Below are positions 29,170-41,428 of a stretch of DNA of 64,000 nucleotides, piece after piece (the first letter of the stretch is position 1; every line of letters begins with the position of its first letter). A program made the position numbers and the translations under genes. The stretch is from assembly GCA_000165425.1 (NCBI GenBank), contig CT868650.1, positions 62,001 to 126,000 on the forward strand, read 5' to 3'. The notes under the pieces are model-generated. The model was not told the DNA's origin and ran no database searches. It saw only the letters and a list, made by a program, of their open reading frames with translations. Origin of the DNA: Paramecium tetraurelia (Eukaryota).

Positions 29170-31992
29170 TCAAGTTTTCCATTTTATTATCCAGTCTTCC
29201 ATTATGGAAATGCTTCTTCTAGTTAATAAATGCTCTGTAAATAAATATATCAAAGTGGGTTCATAAAAGGACTCATGCGCATTGATGACCAGTAATTCTA
29301 ATTTCTTCCCTATCTCCTCATTCGGAAACAGTTTGTTCATCACGTCAAAGCAGATGACTAGATCGTCCTAAAAGAGATAATTGGTGCTAGGATCAATATG
29401 AGAAAAATTCCATCTTAATTGCCTTTTCAGAAACTCATTCTTCTCTACACCAGCTGTCAAACATGCAAGTTTCAATTACTACAATGCACTAATCGACGGC
29501 TTCTCCAATTCCTTCACTAATTCCTAAGTGTTAACCTTGAGGTTCACTCCCTATACATAGGCCGGAATAGCAACATTCAATTTATCTTGGAATGTCGCAA
29601 ACCCTTTGGTGAAGTCTTTCAAATTCTAGCAAACATAAGGATAAAACTAGTTGTAGGGCTGCATAAAAGGTTTGATTTCTGTGATTACATTCCCTTTATT
29701 AAAGTAGATGTTTTCAATTATCTAATTCACAAATTAGCATTCTTCATCTTCTTATGTTGTCAACTGAATTGTCAAAGTAGGATAAATTCGCTTTAATATG
29801 ATAGCTAATTTAATAATACTAACCTTATCCTTGGCATCTTTCAGATTACTCGACAAGACATTTTGTAATTTTTTATATGCATTAAATAACACTGCCGGAT
29901 GTAAATGATATTATTAAACCAACTTGGAAATCAATTTGTGAGTGTGATGAAAATCATAATCCATTATTTAATCCTTGACAATTTTAATTAATGATTCAAA
30001 AGTATCGATGCTAAAATCAGAGGCTCTCCACCCCAATAATAATTCATAAGCTTATCTACCATTAGGTATTTCATTTGTTTCTTATAGCTTTCTTAAAAGT
30101 TCCGACTTAATTTTTTTTGATTTAAAATAGTTCATATCTAGACACTTTGAGTTAGCCAATAAAATATCATCGATTGTTTAGATAGATTTAGGAAGATTAC
30201 CTTTATGATTTAAATATACATCAATAAAATTATTTTGACCTTTTAATTCATGTATTTTATCGAAATCCTTAAGTTTATCTCGCAATTGATCACATTACGA
30301 TAATAAACTAGAAATTTGAGATGGTGTAAACTTTGGTAAACTCTGTTTTACTTTGGTTATAATTTCATCATCGATTGTAGCTAAGTAGTTGTATATCTAT
30401 AACCATTTGGACAATTAGTCAAAATCAACTTTGGCTGTAAATTCTGCTTCAATTTGAAATTTGATATATGGTCCAATAAATTAGAAATCAAGTCCTATTT
30501 CCTCACAAGTAGATTTGTTATTTTACAGATGCTACACATTTTTATGAATGAATTCAATAATGGATTCATCATTAGAATTAGAAATAACAGCTTTAACTAC
30601 TTATCTTATCAAATTACGAGGATAAATTTGTAGATTGTTTGGTTATAAGTATTTTAAGTAATCCACTTTGAATTTATTAATCAAACTGACTAATATGTCA
30701 CATGTTCTTTCATTTAACTAGAATTAATTGCTTTAATTCACTAATCTAATAATGGCTCTGAGATGTTTCTCTTGAATATGCATAGTTGTCATATATTTTT
30801 CGCAAAATCCTTCTGGGATATTAAGTTTGAATAGATTAACAATGGAGAGTGATTCTAAAATGATAGAGTTTGATAACCATTCCTCTAGGAACTTCTTTAA
30901 TTCAATAAGTTCTTCACTTATAATGTATTAGGATATCTCATCAAAGATTATTTCATTTTCAATGCAAAGTTCTCTCAATGAAAAATACACTGTTCGTATG
31001 ATGTTTTCTAGTGTCTTTTCATTGAAGTTGGTTTCTTTGGACATTTCTACAACTCTTTTGAGCAGTTGCATATAAATTTTGTAATCCTTAAAAGCTTGAT
31101 TTTTTTGAGCCACTTGGATGAAATTCTTTAAGATTCTAAAGTCGAATTAGTAATTCCCTTCTTAATCCAGAACTCGTTCGACGTACACCTTCTATATCAG
31201 ATCAAGAAACAGTGGGGAAGGCTTGAATTTATTAAGTTGTACAAAGAGTTGGGCAAGATAGTAGAGATGCCATTGATTTATACCTTGGTAAATTTGGGAG
31301 ATGACGAATTATAATTGATGATCATTTAACTCTGAATATTGGAGGACTTGCAAGAGGATTTCAGGGTGACAAGTAGCATCAGGAAAGTTTGTAATGGATG
31401 TATCATATTAGGATAGGAATAGTAGGGCATATGGTTTTAAGGAGTGGTTATCACTATTTAAATACTCTCTTAATTAATCAATTTTATCAGATTTTAATTA
31501 TGGTAATTTCTTCTTGTTGATGCAATACTCCATAACTTAAATTAAAATAGTGTTAAATTAATGCTTTTATTTCTTGAATTCATCATAAATCTCTTTATTG
31601 TTGACTATCATACCAGAATAAAATTGAAGCATTAGGATAAATTAATACTCATTATTGATTGGTTGTGTTATTAACCACTCAATATACTGATTAAAATTGG
31701 GTTTTTGGAATTGCGTTTCTAGAAATTTAATCATGTTTTCAAATAATTAGTCATCTGTGTTTTAAATTGATTCTATTTCTAGTCTGAGTCTATTGTATAT
31801 TGCAGAACTGTCTGACAATTTCATCGGCATTATTTAATCATAAATCTTCTCATGGAGGAATGCCTGCATTATGGAATTTAATTAAGGCAGCGATTGACAT
31901 TGTTCAAAGCTGGTTTGCAAGGTAAATATACGTTCTTTGAATATCTTGTACTTGGTTTTGAAGGAGCTGAAAAGAAATTTTAATTTAAGCAT
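29170..31992 (-). CDS. Hypothetical ~940-aa protein, possibly mitochondrial
   Basis: Basic start with no acidic residues (MLKLKFLFSSFKTKYKIFK); 2823 nt to TGA; no recognised domain. Confidence 0.7.
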
Positions 31993-32026
31993 TTTTATTT
32001 TTATGGCAATTATTAATTGAATATAA

Positions 32027-33070
32027 TCATTTCTTTTGGGAAGCAGCAAATTGATCATAATATTTGCGAAGATCTTTTTTTGAAAAGATGAAATCCTTCA
32101 TTGCTATTTTAATGAACTTGTCTGGATCATAATTATTAAAGAATTTCTAGTCTTTGAGAATAGTAATGGCTTACTCCATTGTTTTGGCCTATAAAATATC
32201 ATTAAACTATTAATTTACAGTCAAAATCTCTTCTTTCCTTATCTTAAGTATGGCTAAAGAGGCTCTGAAGGTTGTCTTGTGATGCTCATGCCAAAAGATA
32301 TCGGTGACCCTTAAAAAGATTTGCATTGGCAGAATTGAACTAAAGAGAGTGATAAACCTGAAAATGTTAATAAACTAAATACCATTCTGCAGCATAATAA
32401 AAGGGTACAATATTGAACTTAGTGAACTTTGCATGTAAATCAGGCAAGAATTACTTGACCAAAATGTCCAATGCATAGAAATATTTTAATGTATTAGTAG
32501 GATTAATATAAGTATCAAGGCAACCATATTTAGTCAGCAAACTATACAAATGCCAATAGACCAATTCATCATTCATCAATAATAAAAATGAGCCTGCTAA
32601 ATAGTTCAATCCCTAACAATATCCCATGTCTTAAAAGGTCAAGCTGATTGCTCTAAGCACTGTGAAGAGAGATTGACTTGTGATAGTGTCCATTTTGATT
32701 AGATCATTTGTTTGGAATGTACGCATGACATCCAAGGTGATTTGGCTATCATGGGGCGATATTTCTTGAGATTCTACGAGCTCCTTATAAGTTCTCTTGA
32801 AATGAAACATGAAAATTTTACTTTTGCTTGTATCTTCATTTAATCTATTTCAGCCAAACAAGGCCAAATGAGCATTCTGATACCTTCAGGTATGCCTTTT
32901 CTTAATCGAGATTTAAGCTTCGAATCGTTGTTTGCCATCAATTGGGGAATCTTGGGGATCATTTTCCTCCACTTTTCAATCCTTGCATTAATCTTTAGCA
33001 TTTCTTCCTTACTTGGTGTTTGAGTGTTTTGCTTCGGAAATCCATAATGATCTCTATTCTCTGGATTCAT
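32027..33070 (-). CDS. TBC-domain Rab GTPase-activating protein (~320 aa); introns 32796-32821, 32358-32382, 32189-32218
   Basis: RKGIPEGIRMLIW, QITLDVMRT (Arg finger), YCQGLNY (Gln finger encoded by TAG at 32613-32615), EWFITLF. Confidence 0.92.
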
Positions 33071-33163
33071 TATTAATAATAATCAATTACTATTCTAATA
33101 AGTGATAATTAAATGTTTTCTAATGAAGGTTTATGATATATATATATATATTATTGTATTTGA

Positions 33164-36100
33164 TCAAACGTCACAAATTTTTGGTGATGGGAAATAGTTT
33201 TGAGAAGTTTTTTGAGGGATTTCAGGATACCATCTATTTAAACTAGCCGTCCACCTATTTAAATTAATGTAATGTATTACCATACACCATTTTAAGAAAA
33301 CAGGGATTCAGGAATTTCAGATTCATTTGCATCTATGCATCCTACTAACCATGCTAACCATTCAGTTTTAAGGGCCTCTGTAGTTCCCACGATTTCAGAT
33401 TATTTGTCATTTGGCACTACAAAAGTGACAGCTGGATCATCTTTATCAGCCACATAATATTTGATATGAGCATTTGATGATATCAACTTTTCTTAATAAT
33501 TTTCTTTGTCACCAAAATTTTGAACAAAAATCAAGTATTTACTAAGCACAAGAGCATTAATTTCAATGGCTTCAAAACTATATTCTTCATCTGAGGATTT
33601 ACCAAACTTGGCTCCAGTGCATTCGTTATCTAAATATCCCACTAAACAGTTTGAAGTATCTGTTGGATTAAAGGACAATTAAAGATCTAAATTAATATCT
33701 GGGTTGTGCCATTCCAATACTATTCTAACTTATCCAGATTTTAATTTCTTGGATAATGGGACAATAGTAACTTCATTATCTTAGAATTCATAGCAATTTT
33801 AAGAATAATCTGGATGAGTGACAATTAAATTGTATTGTGAACCCTTAACCAATCTAGTAAATGCAACTTTTCCATTGGAATCAGTCTTAGCTGTTCCATA
33901 TACCTAAAATGATCCACAACTACCCACTCTCAAATCAACTTTGACTGATTCTAAATGATTCCAATCCATAACATCTACAACATATACTTCAGTTTCATAG
34001 TAATTGATCTAGAAAATCTGAGAGAAATCTCCTAATTTACATTCTCCGTTTACAACCTTATATCCTTGTTCACACACAGCACATTTGTTCTCTTTAGTAC
34101 AGATGGCACAATTTGCAATTTTAGTAGTGCATAATTTGTATGCTTATTTGCATTAACCATTATCAAAAGTGGAGAAAGCATCACAAAAATCTTGGTCACA
34201 CTTCTCCTTGTCTGTTGAGCATTTCAAACATTAGTTTTAAGAGTAAGGTTTAGAACATCCATTTTCTGGAAGACAAGATTTATCAGCTTATAACTGATAT
34301 TCTGCTTAACAACTAATGCACTTATTATTTTTATCACAGAATTTACAAAATGGAACATTAGTGCATCCAGTAGGTTAACATTTCTTTCTAGCATCCAAAT
34401 ATTCTCCACTTTTACATCCACCTTCAGTCTTTGCAGGTTCTTTAGGTAAATCTTTTGCAGGTTCTTTAGGTTATTCTTTTGCAGGTTCCTTTGGTTATTC
34501 TTTTGCAGGTTCTTTGGGTTATTCTTTAGCTGGTTCTTTTGTGGTTGTAGGCTTGGCTGGTTCTGTAGTTGTGGTAGGCTTTGTAGTAGTAGTGGTTGTT
34601 GATTCAGCTTCATGTTAATATTTCTTTGGAGGTGGTGCTGCTTAAACTTTAGGTATTGTCACATTAGATCTTAACAAGATAGTTCCAAAATTAATTTCTT
34701 CTTAGAATTAAACCACTTAAGATTATACATAGTCATCATAACCAATGGCAGCCACAGTTACTAATCCAGTTGTTGGTTAAAAGAGTTAAGTGCTATAATC
34801 AGCTACATCAAAGGTTGATATCTGTAATTTATATTCTCCCTTAGGAGATGCTACCTCACAAATTGGTTTTTCCAATCCTTCCTGACTCCAACAAATCTTA
34901 GCCTCTTATAATGGATATTGAGTATATAACTTATCCTCTACTTTTTTTATTTCTCCTACTACAAATCCACTCACCTTTGATTTCATTTCCTTGAACAATT
35001 AAACCTATATAGATTCACTAACTCCTAATTTCCCTGTAAATTTACACCCTCTTTCATCATCTTTATCAAAGCCTGCCTTACAAGTAACACACTGTTAGTC
35101 TTTGCATTCTTAACAATTAGGAATCTCACATTTAGGTTATGTTGAAGTTGCCGATGATTTTGGATCACTACTACCCTTATCTGTAGTAGTAGGACTAGTA
35201 GGACTTCCCTTACTTGGTTCAGTTGGTTTAGCTGCAGCATCTGCAAAATGAGAGAACATTGAATAATGATAAACTTTGCTATTCTTTTCTTCAATTGGAA
35301 TATCGACAACATTTTGATATAAATTTATGGTTAGGTCTTTTGAACCCACTTGATAACACACTTAAACATCATCCAAATACTACTAGACATACTCCAATTT
35401 GCCGATTATAGCAAAGAAGTCTAACTCATTGCCATCATAATTAGGCCATAAGAATTTAGCAGCAGCCAAAGTTTGATAGGTAGTTGCTTCCTTCCTCTTA
35501 AATTGTTAAACTCCTTTAACCCACAATCCAAATAAGATATCTAAATTATTATATTAGAATCATACTTGTCTCTTTCTTGCCAGTTTCTACTTTATTCAAA
35601 GGACAATTAGTTGTTGACTTACATTCACTACTTAATTCAACTCTGCTACCAACCAATTAAGTGATTGATTGACACATTCTTGTTTAGATCTTTGTGAATT
35701 CCTTTGCTTTTACAGCCTTTGCAGGTTGATCGAAATTAACTTCCTTTTTTAATGGGATAGGTGTGTAATTGTTTACTAATAAGAGAATTCCAAAAACTAT
35801 GGTACCAATGAATAATAATAGGAATAATGTTTCTATGTTTCTACCTAATGTTTTATCAGATCTTGTTCTTCTTGATAAGTGGAATTCGAATAAAATTAAA
35901 GCAAATAAAAACAATGGAGTTGCCAAAGATAGCATTATTAGAATCAACAGATCTTTTGTGTAAATATTACTTACTGTTTTACAACAATTCAAATTCAAGC
36001 ATCCCAATGGATGATCTGCAGGATCTGTTGTTTATTCTTCCCATCTCTAGACTTGAGCATCACGATCACATGTTGTAGAATATACAGAACATTCTTTTTC

Positions 36101-37050
36101 TCCATTAGGGCAATTTTAAGTTTAAATGTCTTTGATATATTTTGAGGCACAGGAGTGTTGAGACAAATAAGATTCAGATAAATTATTCATTTATTATTAA
36201 CAATTTGCAATATTACTTTCTTGCTATTCTTAAAAGTCTCGTATGTATTGAGCTTAGAATCCTAAAAGTACTGGAATTATAAGGATTTGAAGGGCTGCCA
36301 AAATCATCAGCAATCCTTTGATTTTCCAAGTGTTTGATATGATCGCAAAGACAATTAGTCCCAGTATGATGAGGTTCAAAATTGCACTGATAGGATAGAT
36401 GTCCATTCCTTTCAATAAGTACACAGATCCCCAACAGGTCAAGGATGCAGCTATGCAGAGGAGGTATATGTTGAATCGACTTGTTATTGAGGAGATTGTC
36501 ATCTGATAAAAGTTGTGTATGGTGTATGTTAATCCAACAACAATTAAGATTGAAAATATCAATATAATTGGTTTCATAACAGATACAACTTTATCGAATT
36601 TCTGGTAATCGTTTCCAATCTTCTCTGATTAGTACAGTCCTTAGATATAATCACTAGACAGGATAATCAAGATAAAAAACACAAACTCTGCGATTGCCAT
36701 AAGGATAGTCAAAAAGAATAATAACCTTCATATGTTAATTTGTATTACCTCCCGTTAAAGTTATCTGTTAATTCTCCCCATTCATCTTCAGTCGTCTTCA
36801 GATAGTTCTATTACTAGTTATTCCAAACTAGGGTCCCGATGCAAATCAAAACGATGAGCACATTTATGATGGCATAGCTTAAAGTAATGTAATTTAACAC
36901 AAATCCATTGATTACAAACAACATTACAGCGTCTCCTAGTGCCAACAACAATACAATTATAGAAACATATTATTGTATTGTGGTTAATGTCAACTTTTCA
37001 CTGCGATTGAATTCACTTTGAGAAATGAATTACCGACTTTCAAACTCCAT
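33164..37050 (-). CDS. ~1270-aa polytopic membrane protein: about 9 N-terminal TMs, then a long Cys-rich/mucin-like ectodomain; introns 36726-36748, 35541-35565, 33255-33280
   Basis: Nine hydrophobic segments in 35770-36970, S/T/P linkers, CxxC repeats, C-terminal VRIVLEWHNPDINLDL domain. Spliced length is 3813 nt. Confidence 0.82.
34430..34540 (-). repeat. Coding 24-bp tandem repeat (KEPAKEQP x ~4.5)
   Basis: AAAGAACCTGCAAAAGAATAACC-like units repeat directly on the minus strand and follow a Thr-rich run. Confidence 0.85.
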
Positions 37051-37092
37051 TTTTATTTTTTTATTTTTATTAATAACTGTATAGTATTTAAA

Positions 37093-38799
37093 TCAAATTT
37101 TAGGTAACTTCAATTATGAAGTTAGTCATTTGAGGACGACTAGAACTGCTTCTGATTTCTGATGATTTATTAAAATTTTCAGAAGACGAATTCATCCTCT
37201 GCTGAGAACCTCTATTTCTATTCTGTGGTTGAGTAAATCCTAGGGATTGATAAAATTCCTTTGATTTCATATTTTATTTCAGTTGACTAATCTCAGAAAG
37301 AATAGACTGCTTCTTTTGTGGTTTAGGTAATGATCTTATCAATAGTTTCTATCGTAAATTTGTATCCTTACTACCCTGATTCACAACTGCCTACTCATTC
37401 GAATCCTCAACAATCTATTGCTTTATTTAAGAATCTTGGAGAGACTGCTCCTCTTAATGACCTCTTTCAGTAGAACACTCTGATTATTAAGTTTTCAAAA
37501 GCCTTCTCAAGTACTAAGCTCTGATATTATCCATTTGTTCATTCTATTCTGTGACGAATTTGATGAATTCGTTTTCAGCCATAATATTTTCATCCTTCTA
37601 GTCTTCCTAATTTATTTTGCTCGCTATCTCATCCTCCTCGTCTTGGAATCCCTAAACTCTGAGAATGGCTTTAAGTCTCTCCTCAGTTACAATGCCCTCT
37701 TCACTATCCAAATCAGACATATGATAATTGTTCACATCGATATCCAATTCCTACAATTTCTCCTTCAAAGCCAAGACTTCTTACTTTATATATTATCCAG
37801 GTTTGCCTACTTCTCTACCGTTGATCAGTTCTAACCAAGGACAGTCAACTATAAATTTATCCTCGTAATCCCGACTGCAAAATGGATTTGCTTGAAACTA
37901 GATATCAATCAAATTTGACATCAATTTTAAAAAGTCAAACCAGTTTTCTGCATAAATCTAATTTGATTACACATATAGATTTGTCAAATATGGGAATTTG
38001 AATTCTAACACTCTTAAATCCTCAATTTGATTATAGCTTAAATCTAGAATATTAAGATTTTCATTCTAATTTTCTATTTTCAAAACACTTATCTAATTGT
38101 TAGATAGATTCAATTCCTCCAACTCAGTTATAGTATCAATAAATTGAGTATCACTAATTAGATTGTTGCTAGCATCAAGAATCTTCAATTTCTTTGTATT
38201 ACTGAATGAACCTTTTAAAGTTGATATTGTATTTCTTCTAATATTCAATTCCTCCAACTTAAACATATTGTGGAAGTAATACTTAAACATTGAATACCAA
38301 AAAGTCTATTTTCTCTATATGGTTTCCTCCTAAATTCAAATACTTTAAATCCTTTAGATTATTTAGGAAATCAATCTACAATTACAAATAATACGCTACT
38401 TTAAGTAATTTGTTGTTTTCCAAATTCAAATGCTAAATTTATCGGCTTCCCAATATTAGACCTGTTATCCTATTAAAAGATAAATCTAATTTTAATAATT
38501 TTTGTAATTGAATTCTGTGCACTCCTTCTAATTAATTATTGGAAACCCCCAAATTCTCCAGAATGGCAGAATCTATATTATCAATCAATAGATTAGAAAA
38601 TGAATACTCTTTTCAGTAAATTGTGATGTAACTCCAAGGTCTGAACCAATTTCATATGATCCTTTATGCATTAATTGATTTCGATAATGCCTCACTTAGC
38701 AAACATTTAATTACCTAAAATGTTTAATCGCAGGGTCTTCCCTCCGTCTTCCAATTTGGCCATCACGAGTTCAATTGATATAGGTTGTTCCTCTGACAT
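37093..38799 (-). pseudogene. SDS22-like leucine-rich-repeat gene with two apparent lesions (possible pseudogene or sequence errors)
   Basis: Tandem LxxLxLxxNxI repeats and an LRR cap (FQANPF). Normal introns at 38691-38714, 38376-38399 and 38258-38282. The model needs a GT-TG intron at 38586-38607 and has an apparent +1 frameshift near 37122. Confidence 0.55.
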
Positions 38800-39006
38800 A
38801 GGAGTATTTAAATTAAAATTATATAAATAAATAACTTAATGCTAATGTATTTTGTTGTTTTATTGTTATTATCCTTTAAAGCAGGTTTACTTGTATGATT
38901 TTTACCGAAAAATAATTTTCTGTTTGTTTAAGTCACAAAATGTTCTAATAGATAAAGAACAATTATTAATAAGTTAATTAATTAGTTTCTTAGAATTTGT
39001 AAAAAT

Positions 39007-40613
39007 ATGAAGCAAAGATAGAAATCTCACACTTACCTATACAAACAAATTTGTAAACACCTGAATGTGCCTTGTTCGTCTGGATTACTGAATGGGATTT
39101 AAGAGACGGAAATAGTTTTAATTTTAGAATAAATTGGGTTATAAGGTATGAAAATGAAAAATTAATAGACATCGAACCTCTCTAATTATTGCTAGCTTAA
39201 TGTAAATTCAAAACAATCATACTTAAAAGTATGTAGAAGAACTTGAAATTAAATAAATCTATGGCGCATGATAATTATAAAAATGAATTGCTAGAAATCT
39301 TGAGAGTGATTACCAAGTTATTCACTAAGAGTTTAGACGTGATAACATTTGTAATTCGAGACATAAGGATGAGTAGTGAACATATGCAAATAATTTCGTA
39401 GGGCATAGCAGTAGTTTAATCTTTAAAGGAGCTAAGGATTATATAGTGTCTGATGACCTCTAATCATTTCAGCATTCTGTAGCCGTCTCTACTTTAGAAT
39501 TCCTCACTTCACATCGTAGATTTTTCTCATAATTATCTTACTCATCAAATTGGAGTGATGTTGGGATAATTACTATAAGAACATGGCAAGAGAAGAGACA
39601 GCGTAGATTATTTGTATAGAACAAAAGGTGAAAGTCCAGAAGAAGACATATCTAAGATTGGAATAGGTGAATTAGATTTATCATACAATAAATTAAATGA
39701 TCAGTTTGTTAAAGATGTGGTGCCCTATTTGGAAAGAGATCGATGGATTAAATCCATAAATTTGAAATACAATGCTATTTAAAAAGAGGGATTCGAACTC
39801 CTAATCTAATTACTTGATAAAAATACTACCATCACTAGTTTAGATACTCGAAGAAACCTTGGAACTACCCAATAATTCTAAAAGGAGATTCTCAGAAAAC
39901 TAATCAGAAACAAAAACACTAAGAATGATTTGCATGAATAAAGAATAGAAGAGGAAAATGAGAATATTTTGGTGAATGTTTCTGCCATTCCATAAAACCT
40001 TTTGTCAGTCATATCTGATCAAGAAAGTCCAGTTATGTCATTTGGGGTTTTTGAACCCAACAATCAGACCAAACAGATGTCTATATCTGGAAGACAAGAT
40101 CAATTAAAGTTTAAGTCTGGCTATAAGAATAATGACTCTGGGTGTTTGGATTGCACTCGATTGCAAATAAAAGTGAAAAAACAATAATAAATTATTTAAT
40201 TACTTAAATAAGAAGTGTAATATCTTAGATTTCAACTGTAAACTAAACAATAACTACCCTAATAGTAATAATAATAATAACAATAGTAATAATAATAGAC
40301 AATGAACTTCTTAAATTTATCAGATAATAATAACAACTAGCATCCACCACCACAAGAAGTAGAATAAGAGGACATGTTGAATAAAATAGAATACATGATG
40401 AATGAATTAACTAGAATGATGGATGGTTTGGATGCTCAAGGAAGTGTAACCAATAATTTGAATGCTCATCTTTCAAGTACACTCATTGGATAGGATTACA
40501 CAAGAGTAATCTGTGAAAGAGATGATAGAGCTAATGATTTTATGAACATCTTGGGAGAAAACAGTCACAATAATTCATCAGAATGTTCAGAAGATGAAGC
40601 TAAATCATAGTGA
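39007..40613 (+). CDS. CEP78: CEP78-like centriolar LRR (RNI-type) protein (~527 aa); intron 39146-39168
   Basis: YKQICKHLN, EHGKRRD, ERDRWIKSINL, NTTITSLDTRRN and ILRKLIRN parallel recalled CEP78 motifs (EDLWLRALDL, NTTLVVLDIRKN, IKKVLQN). A coiled coil and polyQ follow. Confidence 0.7.
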
Positions 40614-40647
40614 TAATATTTTTGGGTTTTTTGATAAAATTAATATT

Positions 40648-41000
40648 TCATTGTTATTCTACTAATTATTATTATTCTTATTCTTTTTCTTTGGGAAGGT
40701 CTTACATTTCCATTTCAGCTTCTCTGATTGCTTGTGAATTAATCCATTCATCTACATTCTGCTATCTTTATACCTGAGAGTATTCATTATTATAACTGAT
40801 TGCGAAGAATATAGCATATAACTTTGATTATGAATTCAATATACCACTGCTGTTATAAACAATGCAAAAGATCCCTCGACTCTGCTATGAGGCACAACAT
40901 AAACCGTTTCTGATCCTATTGCGATCATGAATCCCAAATATGTCATAAATACACACCCAGGAGCTGAAATAAACATGCAATATTGTGCACACGATACCAT
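40648..41000 (-). CDS. Small 2-TM RNASEK / V-ATPase subunit f-like protein (~109 aa); intron 40822-40844
   Basis: MVSCAQYCMFISAPGCVFMTYLG...FITAVLYAIFFAIS fits the C-x3-S-x2-G ... F-I-x-A-x-L-Y pattern of the RNASEK family. It is absent from the ORF track. Confidence 0.65.
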
Positions 41001-41428
41001 ATATATATAATTTTTGAAATTTTATTACTTTTTATTTATAAATAGGAAATTATAATCAAAGACTCTTTAAGTAAGAATCTGATTCATTAATTTCTTTAAT
41101 GTTCAGTTCTATGCATATCTTTTTGATTATGAGGTTTATCCATTATATATCTTTAATTTTAATAAAATATCATATCACTTTTAGTATTATAATTCCTTTA
41201 GAAAGATAGATTAATACCCTTCAGATTTTGACTATGCAGGAATCGATGAATCTGATCCTTTTTTCATAATCTCAAACTCACTGTCTTAAATCTATCTATT
41301 ATTATAATTTATATTTGATTATAATCTTCATTAATAAATACTGCATTAAGAGTGGAATCTGTTTAAAAAAGGTAACAAATATATTAATAAAATTTTGATA
41401 TATAATATTTTATAAGGTAAAAATGATA

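Noticed and set aside
34430..34600. Regular short repeats as a possible CRISPR or mobile element
   Set aside because: The units are adjacent with no unique spacers and are an in-frame coding repeat in a eukaryotic gene.
38940..39006. Upstream ATG as the start of the CEP78-like gene
   Set aside because: That frame does not join the conserved CEP78-like frame; ATG 39007 plus one 23-nt intron fits.
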